From Camelus ferus (lineage: Eukaryota): 64,000 bases of DNA. The stretch covers positions 86,740,001 to 86,804,000 of the forward strand of contig NC_045697.1 of assembly GCF_009834535.1 (NCBI RefSeq). The letters are read 5' to 3'. Both the position numbers and the translations under genes were made by a program. The notes beneath the pieces are model-generated. The model made no database searches. It saw only the letters and a program-made list of their open reading frames with translations, and was not told where the DNA came from. Shown here one piece after another: positions 14,052 through 25,165 of the stretch; the stretch's first letter is position 1, and each line of letters starts with the position of its first letter.

Positions 14052-14068
14052 AAGATTAGGCAATACTG

Positions 14069-15620
14069 GAAAACAGAGAAAGTCACAGAAATGGGGAAAA
14101 GTAATGAGATCAATTTTGGCATGTGAGATTAGGTGAAGGGCCTGGAAGATAAAGATGAAAATCTCCAGGGAGAAGTTGGATCTATGGGCCTGGGAATTAG
14201 AAGAAAGAAATAGCCTTTATCTATAGATTTGAGGGTCGGTGGCATATACAGGGGTATTTAAAACAACAGGAACTTACTCGACTGTTGAGGGAAGAGGTTT
14301 AGAGGGAAAAGGTTTAAACTGAAAAGGTGGCCAAGGACAGTATCCTCAAGAACATCATCTTCTAAGGGGAGGATGCAGGGAAGCAAACCTACAACTGATA
14401 CTGAAAATGTATGGTCAGAGAGGTAAGACAAGAAGCAGAAGGAAGAGTAGCCTCCAGAGTCAAAAAGGGGAATGAGAGAGTGTAATCAAAGACAACAAAG
14501 GTCACAGTCAAATCAAGTAAGATAAGGATTTAGATGCATTTGCGAGTTGAGTAATTTGGAGGTCATTGTTGACCAAAGAAAGGACAATTTTAATGATACA
14601 GCGATAGGGTGTGGGATGGGTAGAAATCAGATTATAGTGGTTTGAAGTGGATAGGAGGTGAGGGAGTGTAGACACATGCATAGACTACTCTTTCAACAAG
14701 CTTAAGTTCACGTGAATACCCAAACCTCTCTCCTCCACGTGAGGTGAGGCCATGCCCACACTAACCTGTGGACTGGAGTAGATGGAGGCAGCTGTTGAAA
14801 GCAAGTAAGTGTTTAGAGCTGAGAATGAAGTGGGAAAGTGACTCCAGTAAGTCAGATAGGGGAGTCTGAAAGGGTCTCCAAAGGAAAGAGGCCAGAGCCA
14901 GGGTCTGAAGCTGGACTAGGGGAGCAAGACAGACATCTAGGTCAGGAGTTTATAGGCAGGTCGTCGAGAAGAATGAGCTTGTGTGTGCTGCCAGGTTTGC
15001 AGTTCAAGGGATTGATCAGGGGCCCAGGATCAGTGGGGGAGAGAGGAAAGCTAATGAACTGAGAGAATGGGAAGGGTGAAGGCCTGGCTGTCGTGATCGA
15101 GCCTCAGGGAAGATGTAGTAGGGCAGTTTGAGAGCAAAGAGCCTAGCAGGTGGGTGTTTTTATATATGTAAAGATTTCAGACAGAGAATGGTTCCAGGTG
15201 ATGAAGTCTGGTGCATGGTCATGGGAGGGGTCTGATGATGGGGTAAAACATGCAGGTGTTTGGAACTGAGCCGCTCAAGATTCTGAGAAGCTACAGTGTT
15301 GTGGAATCCTCCTCATGGTCACTGAAATCACCCAGGATGTTGGTAGAATCCGGATTCAAGAAAAGGAACTTGTCTCAGTCTTGAAAGAACATGGAGGAGT
15401 TCATGGAGGAGTTGACAATCCTCAATAAGAAGTAAGGGGAGAGCCAAGCTAGATGGTATAAACTTCAAAGCAAGAATGAATTTTGCACAAGAGTGTACGT
15501 GTAATGGGCATTGGGAAGGAGATCTTCAACTCCTCTTAGACCTGCCATACGTTTATGAGGGCTGCAAAGGAAGTGTCCTTGAGGTAGGGACAGGAATTGG
15601 AAAGTTCCATTTGAGTGAAA
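14069..15620 (-). mobile_element. L2 LINE continuation
   Basis: ggaggtcattgttgacc, gtagaaatcagattatagtggtttgaag, tagactactctttcaacaagctt, gaaatcacccaggatg are L2 antisense motifs. Confidence 0.65.
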
Positions 15621-15674
15621 TTATGTAAGGAGAAAAGATCGTCTTTACCATATACATATAAAAACTATATGTTG

Positions 15675-18312
15675 ACAGAAACTAAGGATCATCTTTTATT
15701 TTCTGCTAAGACTGTTGAATTATGGGTTTCCAGGGAATCACAAAAGACAGTAGTACTGACTGGGTAGTATTTAATATGATCAGGTCTTAAATATGAAGCC
15801 ATGAACATAAACATTTAAAACCAAATATATAATAAATAATCATTAAGTTATAAAGTACATAGTTTATATTAAAACTAAATTCTCAAATGCAAATGTAAAT
15901 ACAACAGAGCAATAATATAGAATAATAATGCTACAATTTTATACGTGTCCGAAGAAGACACTTTGAGCTAAAATGGTAAAAATCATGATTATTTTTCCTG
16001 AACTCCCATGACCTACAGCAATCTTTTTTCCTTCCTTCTTTCCTTCCGTCCTTCTTTCTTTTTTCCTTCCTTCCTTTTTTGGGGGGAAACATGTCCCTTC
16101 TTCCTGCTATTGAAATGATGTTGAGCAAATGAACACCAGGTTCAGTAGAAAGTTTTACTCGGGAGTATGGTCAGATGTTCCTATAAGAATATCCAGAACT
16201 TCAGATACTCATAGACACATAAAGCTCAAAAAAAGGCAGAATATTCCTTAGAGATTAAGTCCAACACCCTCACTCTACAGATAAAGAAATGGAAACCAAA
16301 AAATTTAAGGAAATGACCACAATTTCACAGCCAGCGAGATTTCCAGTCTCCTGCACCACCATCCATAGGTGAACAGCAATGCTTACAGGTTAGCCTAAGA
16401 TCCTTTTGGGGGGCTGACTAGGTCTTGAACACAGAGCAGTGAAGATGGAGCAGTTCAAGTCTCACTTCTTCATCTTGTTTATTCTGATGCATTGCTTTCC
16501 TTGGGATGTTGCTAGGGTCTTTACCCGAGTCTTTAAACTCAGTTTAGTGAAGGCTTTTAGCCAGCACTCAATTAAATTAATTTTATTTTTAAAGTAGAAC
16601 TCTGGTTGAAAGGATTAGAACAGAGATTTTTAACAGTAAACACACCAAAATAAATATGTTATTTTAAATATAAAATCACAGTGTGAAAGAAGTCAACAAT
16701 GGTAAAGCCAGAAACAAGAAATAAGGACTCCATCTTTCCCAAGTCAACCTCGTGCTTACTTTCCATATTAATCCCAACAACCTGGCCTGACTCTGGGGCA
16801 GGCTGTAGATGCATGTTGTCATCATGGTGCATGTATTTACATGACTTCTTTGTAATAACATTTTAAAATTCTAGCACAGCATACCTTATTTCTGAGGATA
16901 AAACATTTCATTGAGATTTCATAAAATCATTGATTTCTAACATATGTTTTAGAACCATAAATTAATCTGTACTTGTTTAAAAAATATTTTTAAGTAGATC
17001 ATTTTTCTTCTCAAAGCATAAAGTATTTCCCGTTCAACATCCTCTTGTACACTCAGCCATTTTACTATTAGAGATTCTCAAATAGCTTATAACAGTCTAG
17101 TGAAAATTTTATTTTTCTAGCGTTTTTAACTGTATATTTAAATAAACTGCTGGAGTTGATATGAAATGGCAGTTAGAGCAGGCTGCTTGTTTCTACTACC
17201 CATGGTTGAAAGATGGGGATGCTTATGCAAAGGTCTGTTTTCTACTAGGACAGGAGTCCTGGCCTCTTGATTTGTCTCTTGATTTTGGTTTTGTAGAGGT
17301 GATTTACCTTATATAGAACACATGCAACACAAAGTGTCTGCCAATTTAAAAAGATGAAAGACAAGACAGGAAGAAAGAAGGAAGGAAATAGACGTTTGGC
17401 ATGATTAGCTCACTCCCATACAATCATTATAACAATTGGGGAAGAGAGCCACAAGACTTACAAAAATTCTGTTTGGTTCCAGAAGACCACCTAATGTATG
17501 TCCCTCTATAAATTTTAATTGCCATTTCCATAAGCTTAGAATGTTAGGTTATAAAGGGACTTAAGTTGGGGAAGGTACTATTACACCCACTTAGAGAAAA
17601 AGAGACTGAAAGAGTCTATTCCATAAATACATTCATGTCTATAGTATTTAAATATTTTGATAAATCCCAATAAAGAAGTCAGAGGTTTTTTGAGCCATCT
17701 CGTAAAGCTATCTTCCTGGTACATAAATAAATCATATGTTAGACATTCTGAGGGAAAAACATCTTCATATATAGATTTTAAATACTCAGTTTTCATTTTC
17801 TTAAAAGAATAAATGTTCAACTTTGATTTTCACCCTATACTTCTGTGTTTTTCCTCTTGAGTGAAGGTGTAGAACTTTTAAGTTATGATCATCAGAAACC
17901 TCATTCTTGTGGTAATCAAGATCAAGGTGAATATAAGATCAATAAATCCCCAAATTGTATTTTTGGCTAAAAATTTTAAGCTTCTCTAAGAGATGTCATA
18001 GTTGGGCAGTAAGATAAAGTTAAAACTTTAGAAGTCATCAAAACCTATAACACAGGAAATCAGACTCTAATTGAGAACAAAGTCTTTCAAGTTGACCAAA
18101 CACAGAGTGTGTGGATCAAACTGAAGTCATGCATAGTGATTTGGGGTAAATAATCCTGACTTTGAACACTTATCTGAGTTTTCCCCCATCACTAATATGT
18201 CGTACTCCTCCATTTGGAATACCAAGAAGTGAGTTTCACTACTGTGTTAGAGTCTGTAATATAGTGTCCAGCTTCAAGTGAGATCTTCTGCAACCTTCGT
18301 ATTCCACGTGTT
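15675..18312 (-). other. IL21: Putative long AU-rich IL21 3'UTR
   Basis: Many ATTTA/TATTTAT motifs on the minus strand (e.g. ~17623, ~17723, ~16650, ~15832). AATAAA on the minus strand at 15695-15700, with an alternative at 17108-17113. The 3' end is inferred. Confidence 0.5.
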
Positions 18313-18336
18313 CTAGGAGAGATGCTGATGGATCAT
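18313..18336 (-). CDS. IL21: IL21 coding exon 5 (terminal), MIHQHLS*
   Basis: tttccacag|ATGATCCATCAGCATCTCTCCTAG. Spliced CDS is 168+36+156+78+24 = 462 nt with no internal stop. Confidence 0.96.
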   Translation of the reverse strand: MIHQHLS

Positions 18337-18428
18337 CTGTGGAAATAGTATACCATGAGTAACCCAAGTATAGGAAGCAATCTGGGTAAAGATGAACTTG
18401 ACAGTCATATACAATTTAAGTTATATAC

Positions 18429-18506
18429 CTTTTGGATGAGTGATTTCAGTCTTTCTAGGAATTCTTTGGGTGGTTTTTTCTCATAAGAATCACATGAAGG
18501 GCATGT
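18429..18506 (-). CDS. IL21: IL21 coding exon 4, 78 nt
   Basis: tttctag|ACATGC...CAAAAG|gtatat = [26 protein letters not shown] ([10 protein letters not shown] motif and helix D). Confidence 0.97.
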
Positions 18507-18544
18507 CTAGAAATCAATGAAAGAATAATCTTCTTTAAAGCTTT

Positions 18545-19250
18545 TATCCTATTTAATAAAATGTTTATTCAAAGCTTGTTTTTCCAGTTAGAGATATAAA
18601 TCATGTTCACTGAAAAACTTTGAGAAGTACATAAAATTGTTCAAAAAATAACAATGAGAAAAATAGCTTGTAATCCCATCCTCAGATATAACCACTGCAA
18701 TGTTCTGATATATGTCCTCCCAGTAATTTTTTCTTTTCACTTATGTTATTTACACTGGTTATTAATTTGATTTCTTACACTTAACATATCACAAGCACTT
18801 TCTGTGTGTTACATATTCTTCAAAAATACGACCCATAATGGTTGCCTTGCATTCCTACGTAGGAGTGAAGTATTACTGTTTTTGGACACATAGATTTCTT
18901 CTAACTTTTCACTATTGTATACAATGCTGCAGTGAACGTCTCTGAATAATTTTTCACATACATCTTTATTTTATTTGATAAATTACTAGAAGTAGAATTG
19001 CTAAATTAAATTAAAAAGATAAAAAATTTTAAGGCTTTTGATGCACATGGTAAAACTTTTACCTCTATTTACAGAGAACATTCTTACCATTACTGGGTAT
19101 CATTAAAATTTTTAATTGGAAAAAAATAGAATTTCCTGTCTTAACTTGCATTTATTTGACTATGGGGAGATTAAACAATTTTTAATATGTGTATTCCTCA
19201 GTTACATGTCTTTAAAAAATATTATTGGTTTGTGTTCTTTATCCTTATTC
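18545..19250 (-). mobile_element. Old L1ME-like 3' region in IL21 intron 3
   Basis: cccatcctcagatataaccactgcaatg, cttttcactattgtatacaatgctgcagtgaac, agaagtagaattgct. Confidence 0.65.
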
Positions 19251-19309
19251 CTGTTGAGAGACCAAACACCAGGCCATTGCTTGCTGCTTAGCATCTCTAA
19301 TGCTGGTTT

Positions 19310-19470
19310 GATGTGGTGAGAGATAGTTGACTGAAAAGTAAAAGACAGAAGTTCTAATTCTCACTCTGGCACTTACTAATGGGGCTTGGAACAAGTCACT
19401 TAACGTCTTTGGTCTCGTTTTCCTATCTATCAAATGAAGGTGTTTAACCAGATAGTTCTAAGTTCAGTGC
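19310..19470 (+). mobile_element. MIR SINE
   Basis: ctctggcacttactaatggggcttggaacaagtcacttaacgtctttggtctcgttttcctatctatcaaatg. Confidence 0.75.
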
Positions 19471-20337
19471 GATACTACCATTTCATGTGTCTTTGATACT
19501 AGATTTCATGCTCAGCCCCCTTCTTCCTGAGGAAAGTTTTACAGGAATACATTTCACATTGCAACCTGGCCAAGCAATCAAAGTAAGTAAAAATTTTGAT
19601 ATTGTCTTAAGATCTCATTTGAACCGCATGTGAAATTCCTTGGAGGAGAGAGAACTGATTTTTTAAAGTTTGAGTAATTTATCTTATAGGTTTATTAACT
19701 GGTTTTGTTTAATGCTTTAATTACTCATGAGATTATCAGCTTTGCTCATGAGTTGGCATAAGAGGAAATATACAACAGGGTCTCAGGGCCCCAAAAAGCT
19801 AGGGACAATTGAAATTCCCCAGCCAAATAATGGCGTCTACCCATTGAAATGAAGTACTGACTCCAAAATTGTACAGGATGGTAATATTCTTTAAGAGAGG
19901 AAGGCAAAGTCTGAGATTTATCCTGGTGTCTTGTAGGCTGTCTCTTTTCTTGTAGGAAAACTAGGATCTAGCTCCTGTTAATAAGAATACAAGTTATATG
20001 CAATCGTATAATGAGAGGAAAATATTTTTTAATCCCTAAGTCACAATTGGATTCTCTGCCTAATGACTTCCTTACCTTGGAAAGCTATATTAATTTATTC
20101 TGTGTACCAGAGACTGTCAGCAAATTCTAATTGGGTTTCTAGGCACTTTCAAGTCTGTAGCACTGAAAAGAGGTGACTTTGCTTCTTGAAACACACTGTA
20201 TATGATAAGGTGTAACATGTAACTGGAAGGAAGGCACCGAAGGCTCTGGCTATATGGGCGTGCAAGCGTGCCTGTATATAATATAATAAATATAGTAAGT
20301 AAGTACAAATAAGAAAGATGACAGATGATAATCTTAC

Positions 20338-20493
20338 TAGTCCATGTTTCTGTGTTCTCCTTGCATTTGTGGCAGGTAGTTTCCTCTTCAGCTGCTTAGT
20401 TAATACATTGATTATCTTTTCCTTATCTCCCGCATTTGCTGACTTTAGTTGGATCTTCTGGAAACACGAAAAAGCTGACCACTCACAGTGTCT
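20338..20493 (-). CDS. IL21: IL21 coding exon 3, 156 nt
   Basis: tttcag|AGACAC...GGACTA|gtaag = RHCEWSAFSCFQKIQLKSANAGDKEKIINVLTKQLKRKLPATNARRTQKHGL, containing two of the four conserved Cys. Confidence 0.97.
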
Positions 20494-21391
20494 CTGAAAG
20501 AGAAATAATTCGTGTACGTGTTAATGAAAGTTATTCAAAAAGTGAAAATGACCTTCCCAATCCTCCTTTTCTACTCCTGCTAAAATGTCTTGGATCCCAT
20601 TCATTTCAGCAGACAAATGAGGAATGATTTCATGTTCCTTCTTACTTTGGGGGCTGAAGAGAATGAGCTCCCTGCCATGTAAAATTTCCCTGTATTAGGG
20701 AAGAGAGGACATCTCCCTGTCTCACAGACAAGAGGAGGGAGCCTCGCTTTGCCACAGTTGTTTATTCCTAATGTCATTGTGAGGTCTGGGTGTTGGGAAG
20801 GACTTTGGTGTTTCATAAGGGAGAGTTAGTTTGGTTTTAGGACACACTTTATGAACTATGAGGCTGTAAGAGTTACATTATGATTGTTGGCAGCTGTAGT
20901 CTGATTAAAATTTTTTTTCATTTGTTTTTTGTTTCTCTCTGCATTGGACATGAGAGTATCTAACAGTGACATACGTGGCTTGAGCATGCATGTCCTCATC
21001 CTGTACAACACCTGGCATAGTGTCTTGTTGCTCATGAGTGCTCAACAAATATCTGTGAAGTCAGCAGATAAGTGAGTTAAAGCACCTCCTTTGGGGATAG
21101 GAAGTGGTTACCTACCTCAGATGGCATATTCCAAATGTAAGATTCAGTACACCTGCTGTATCCCATGCTTGACTTTTCTAAAATCCTATCCATACTCTCT
21201 GGTTAGTTAGGGTGGGATTCTGCCTGAATCAAGCAGTTGAGGAACAAAATTCGAGACTTGCCCCACTAATGAGAGGGAAGACTGCCCCTCAGAAAGTAGG
21301 AGTAACGTCTCAGAGCATGGAGAGGTGGACAGAACAAGAATCCAAAATTTGACTCTTGGTTTAGTTGAATTACTAGGTTGTTTTGGAGGGG

Positions 21392-21616
21392 TTTTTTTTG
21401 TTTTTTTGTTTTTTTTTTGGAATTATAACATCATGTTTATGGAGAAAATCTTCTTCAGCTAATATTTTGGGGATAAAAGAGGAAACTTCCTTCTCTTGTT
21501 CTCGCCACTTGAGTATATTCTCTGCCAGTTCTTCTGTCTCAGTCACCAAAATACCCATCTTTTCTAAAGCCATGCTCATTTTCTTTAGATTTGCATCTAA
21601 ATGAGAGATATTTCTA
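21392..21616 (-). pseudogene. HAUS2: Truncated retrocopy of HAUS2 (augmin subunit 2 / CEP27) with A-rich tail, in IL21 intron 2
   Basis: Open frame from 21615 reads [66 protein letters not shown]. Recalled human HAUS2 C-terminus: [66 protein letters not shown]. An A-rich tail (T-tract 21392-21418 on +) follows directly. Confidence 0.88.
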
Positions 21617-22189
21617 GTGACTAAGTGAATAAGTACAAGTCTTAGAAATTGAACTGCAAATGATATGGAATATATTGGAAAAACAAAATTTATACTAACT
21701 TATTGAAAACATTTTAATGCTGATCTAAGAATTTGTATCCAAGTTACTTTCTTCTTTCAGCAACTGTGTGTATATGATGCAATTTCCCCTTGCAAAGTTG
21801 CTATGTCTTCATTTCACTAATATGTTTGGAAGCCACTGCTGTATAACCAGAAGCCTCAGTTTCCCTCAGTTCCTACCAGTGCCATCCCATATATAAGAAT
21901 ATTACCTGAGTCTTCTCATGGACAATCAGCTGAAAATAGCATCTGGCCTGCTTTGCATTTTCCAACCTATATGGTTACCCAATATGAATGTCGATTAATA
22001 ACACGCATCTTTAAGGCACAACCCCGTCAGATTTGCTTTGCATACGTAGCCACAAGCCGAGAACCAGCTTATCTGGTTTCCTTATATCAGAGCAGCTTGC
22101 CTCTCATAAGGGCGAGATAGTGTCCTTTACATATGTTTGCCAAAATGCTTATTTAATAGAAACTATTTATAAATGTTAATTATAGCACT

Positions 22190-22335
22190 TTTTTTTTTCC
22201 TTGAAAACCACATGTTCATGTTTGTTGAAGTTTTTTCTTTTCTCTTCTTTTTGACCACAACCGGCTTAACTTACTGGAAAAAAATAATATTCATATTTAA
22301 AGAGGTATATTTTCCAGCTGAAACTGAAAACACTA
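22190..22335. promoter_or_regulatory. Candidate intron-2 enhancer (STAT/RUNX/NFAT/IRF motif cluster)
   Basis: TTCCTTGAA (GAS) 22197-22205, AACCACA 22206-22212, GACCACA 22253-22259, TTACTGGAA overlapping TGGAAA 22271-22280, TTTCCA 22311-22316, GAAACTGAAA 22320-22329, in sequence I do not recognise as repeat. Confidence 0.55.
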
Positions 22336-23267
22336 ACTGCTTCATCCGTGATGATCTGAGAAACCAGCATTTCTCACAGAGGCCCATTTTGCTGAGTTAA
22401 CATTTACACATGTATGTTGAAAGAAAATTAGGTTCCAAAGAAGTATAGGGGCCTACCAAATGAACTCCCTTGAGACAGTATTGCCAAGAGTGGCCAAGAC
22501 AAGTGAACCAAGATTTTGCACCTGAGAAAGCCTTTTCAAAAGCCTCTGGTATCTGGACACAGATGCCCATACTGATAGGCATCCCTCTTCTGCTCTTCCT
22601 TGTTCACCTGTCCACAGACAATAGATTTTTGCTTTGTGCTTTCTGCAAGCAGGAGAGCTGTTCCTGTCATTCTGTGGTCCAGGACAAACAACTGCTAGAT
22701 TTGGCTTCAGGTGCACATCAAAGGCAGCCTCAGAGAAGAAAAGAAGTGGAGGAGCTGTTCTGCTAACTGCCTAAAGACTGCGTTGAGACGGGGAGTGGAG
22801 AGATTAACCTCGATTCAGGCAGCTGCTGGTGCCCTGTCACTCAGGATGACCCCAAGTTCCTGTGCAGCACCACCACCTGGGAGCAGAACCATTGCTTTCC
22901 TTTGCTGTGCCTTGCAGACTCAGAGGACAAGGCTTTGTTTCCCTCATCCATCCACACCTGGAACGTGAGGAGTTAGCTGTCCTACATTAGTTTTGCAAAA
23001 TAGAGGGCACAGTAAGAAAATCAAAAGCAAGCTTAACAAACCACTCTCCTTTTTAACCAGAGAGCAGTCAAGCACTGCTTTTGCAGAGAGGTGCACTTGG
23101 CTTTGTTGATTTGCAATTGAATATTTGAAAATATTTGCCTCCTTACAACTTATTTTTGACCTACTTACTTTTTTTTTTCCTGGCTAAGAAAGCCTGGCCA
23201 TTCATACTAGGAAGTCTTGCTAACTGGATAAAATTACCTTTGTCCCACATACAAACTAGGTTTTCAT

Positions 23268-23485
23268 CAGGATGTCTCCACAGTGGCACTATTGACATTT
23301 TGAGCTGGATAATCCTTTGTTGTCAGGGCTGTCCTGTGCATTCTAGAATGTTTAGTAGCATCCCTGGCCTTTGCCTACTAGACACTAATAGAAACCACCC
23401 CCACACGATTGTGGCAACCAGAAATTTTTCCAGACAGTGCCATATGTTCTCATGGGACAAAATCACCACCTGATGAGGACCACTG
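23268..23485. mobile_element. MER20 hAT-Charlie element in IL21 intron 2
   Basis: ggcactattgacattttgagctggataatcctttgttg...gaatgtttagtagcatccctggcc...gaggaccactg. Confidence 0.85.
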
Positions 23486-24627
23486 GTTATATGATTAGAA
23501 AGAGGAAGGAAGATGCCTGGTGAGGCCAATTGGCAATCTTACATGATCACCATATATCAATATTTATATGCAACAGTTAAATGAATTTATTTTCGTTAAA
23601 TTTTTTAATCTTTTAAAAATCTCTGATAGACTGCTGTGATGCTAGCCCTGAAAAACTTGATAAAACTCTACTGTGGCCTTGAACTATTTTCTTTTTCCTG
23701 AGTTTCCTGCTAGCCTAGCTTAAAGATCTTAGTTATACCATTACTCACTTTATCAAAGCCAGCATGCATGATCAGATTATCAGATAGGTAAAGTATCACT
23801 GAGACAAAATCTTGTCATTATGATGTCAGGTAAAAAACATCTCTCTTTAACAAAGCATGTAAAAGAAGTACCCACTGAATCAACTCAGGTTAGGAAATGG
23901 GATATGTTTCTTATTTTGGAAGTTCTAGACAGCAGCTAAAAACCTCCCGAAAGAACTCTAACCACAGCAGTTAAACAAAGGGCATGAGATGCTGAAAATA
24001 TATATGTTTTGATTATTAGAACAGTAAGAAATTGTTTTACTTATTGGAAAAGTCTTTCCAATGAGCTGAATGTGCTACTTTCATTTTAGATGCTGCTTAT
24101 TAGAAAAGGACCGAGTAAATGAGAGTGGTTAGGTTCAGAGCTAGAGAGTGAATTTTAGAGAAAAGCAATAGTTGTGACTCATTCACTTTCTAAACTTTTA
24201 CATATAGTCATTTACGATAATTGTTTTCTTTGCAATGTATCTTCATAAGTCTCCCCTTTGTAGTGTCCTAATTACTGGTAGCACTTATATAGTTATTCTA
24301 ATTTATGCAGTTAAAGGTCTGTGGCAATGAAAACATTTCCCCCAGTTGCGTTTATATCCTCGGGGTACCAAACCTGAAGACTAGATCGAAGTTACCAAGG
24401 AAAAGATCAGCACACAGCACTCTTGAACTGTATGCTAGGCCTCTTCTTCCTGGGAACTAACGGATTTAAATGCCTTAAAGAACTGAATGAGTTGTTGAAA
24501 ATGATCCTTTCAAAAGATCTCACGGAAGGCCAAAGACAAGACTCGTTGAGACCAAGGTATATGGGAATTATATTCTAAAGGACGGCCTTGATTTCCATAC
24601 TGCCATTCTTCCATGCTGTTCCTGTAA

Positions 24628-24733
24628 TCTTTTTTTCTTTCTTCCTTCCTTCCTTCCTTTCTTCCTTCCTTCCTTTCTTTTCTTTCTTTCTTTCCTTCCT
24701 TCCTTCCTTCTCCCTTTCTTTCTTCCTTTCTAG
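24628..24733. repeat. (TTCC)n/(TTTC)n polypyrimidine tract
   Basis: About 105 nt of only C/T on +. Confidence 0.9.
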
Positions 24734-25165
24734 TTATTAAAGGGGAATCCTGCTTCTTATGGTATGTGTCTATATTTCTTAAATAGGGTTACAAAGAGGC
24801 TCAAGAACTTTCATGCACAAGGACTCTTAAAATGTGATTAGTTTGGTTATTGTTCAGAAAATGATCATAGTGTAGATTTATTTTCTAGTTTTGTTTTTCT
24901 GTCTCAACAATACTACTTGGGAATACTCAGAGATATTTGAAGATAAAAATATATCTTATAAGGTATGTAGTGTTTTATTGGTTGGCTTGCTGGTAAATCA
25001 ATGAATATTTAAGCAAAATAGAAATAACTATTTTACCAATTATTAAACCCTCCAATTCATTGAAATTAAGTATATTCCTAAATAATCACGTTAATGCCTT
25101 TCTTAATTGGACTTAAAAAAACTTACATCAAATATATTTTCACAAATAAATTCAGCTGGTCTTAC

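Noticed and set aside
21419..21622. In-frame exonisation of the HAUS2 fragment into IL21 (fusion protein)
   Set aside because: The two nearby AG acceptors (exon starts at 21620 or 21613) are out of frame with phase-0 IL21 exon 2, and the pyrimidine tract is poor.
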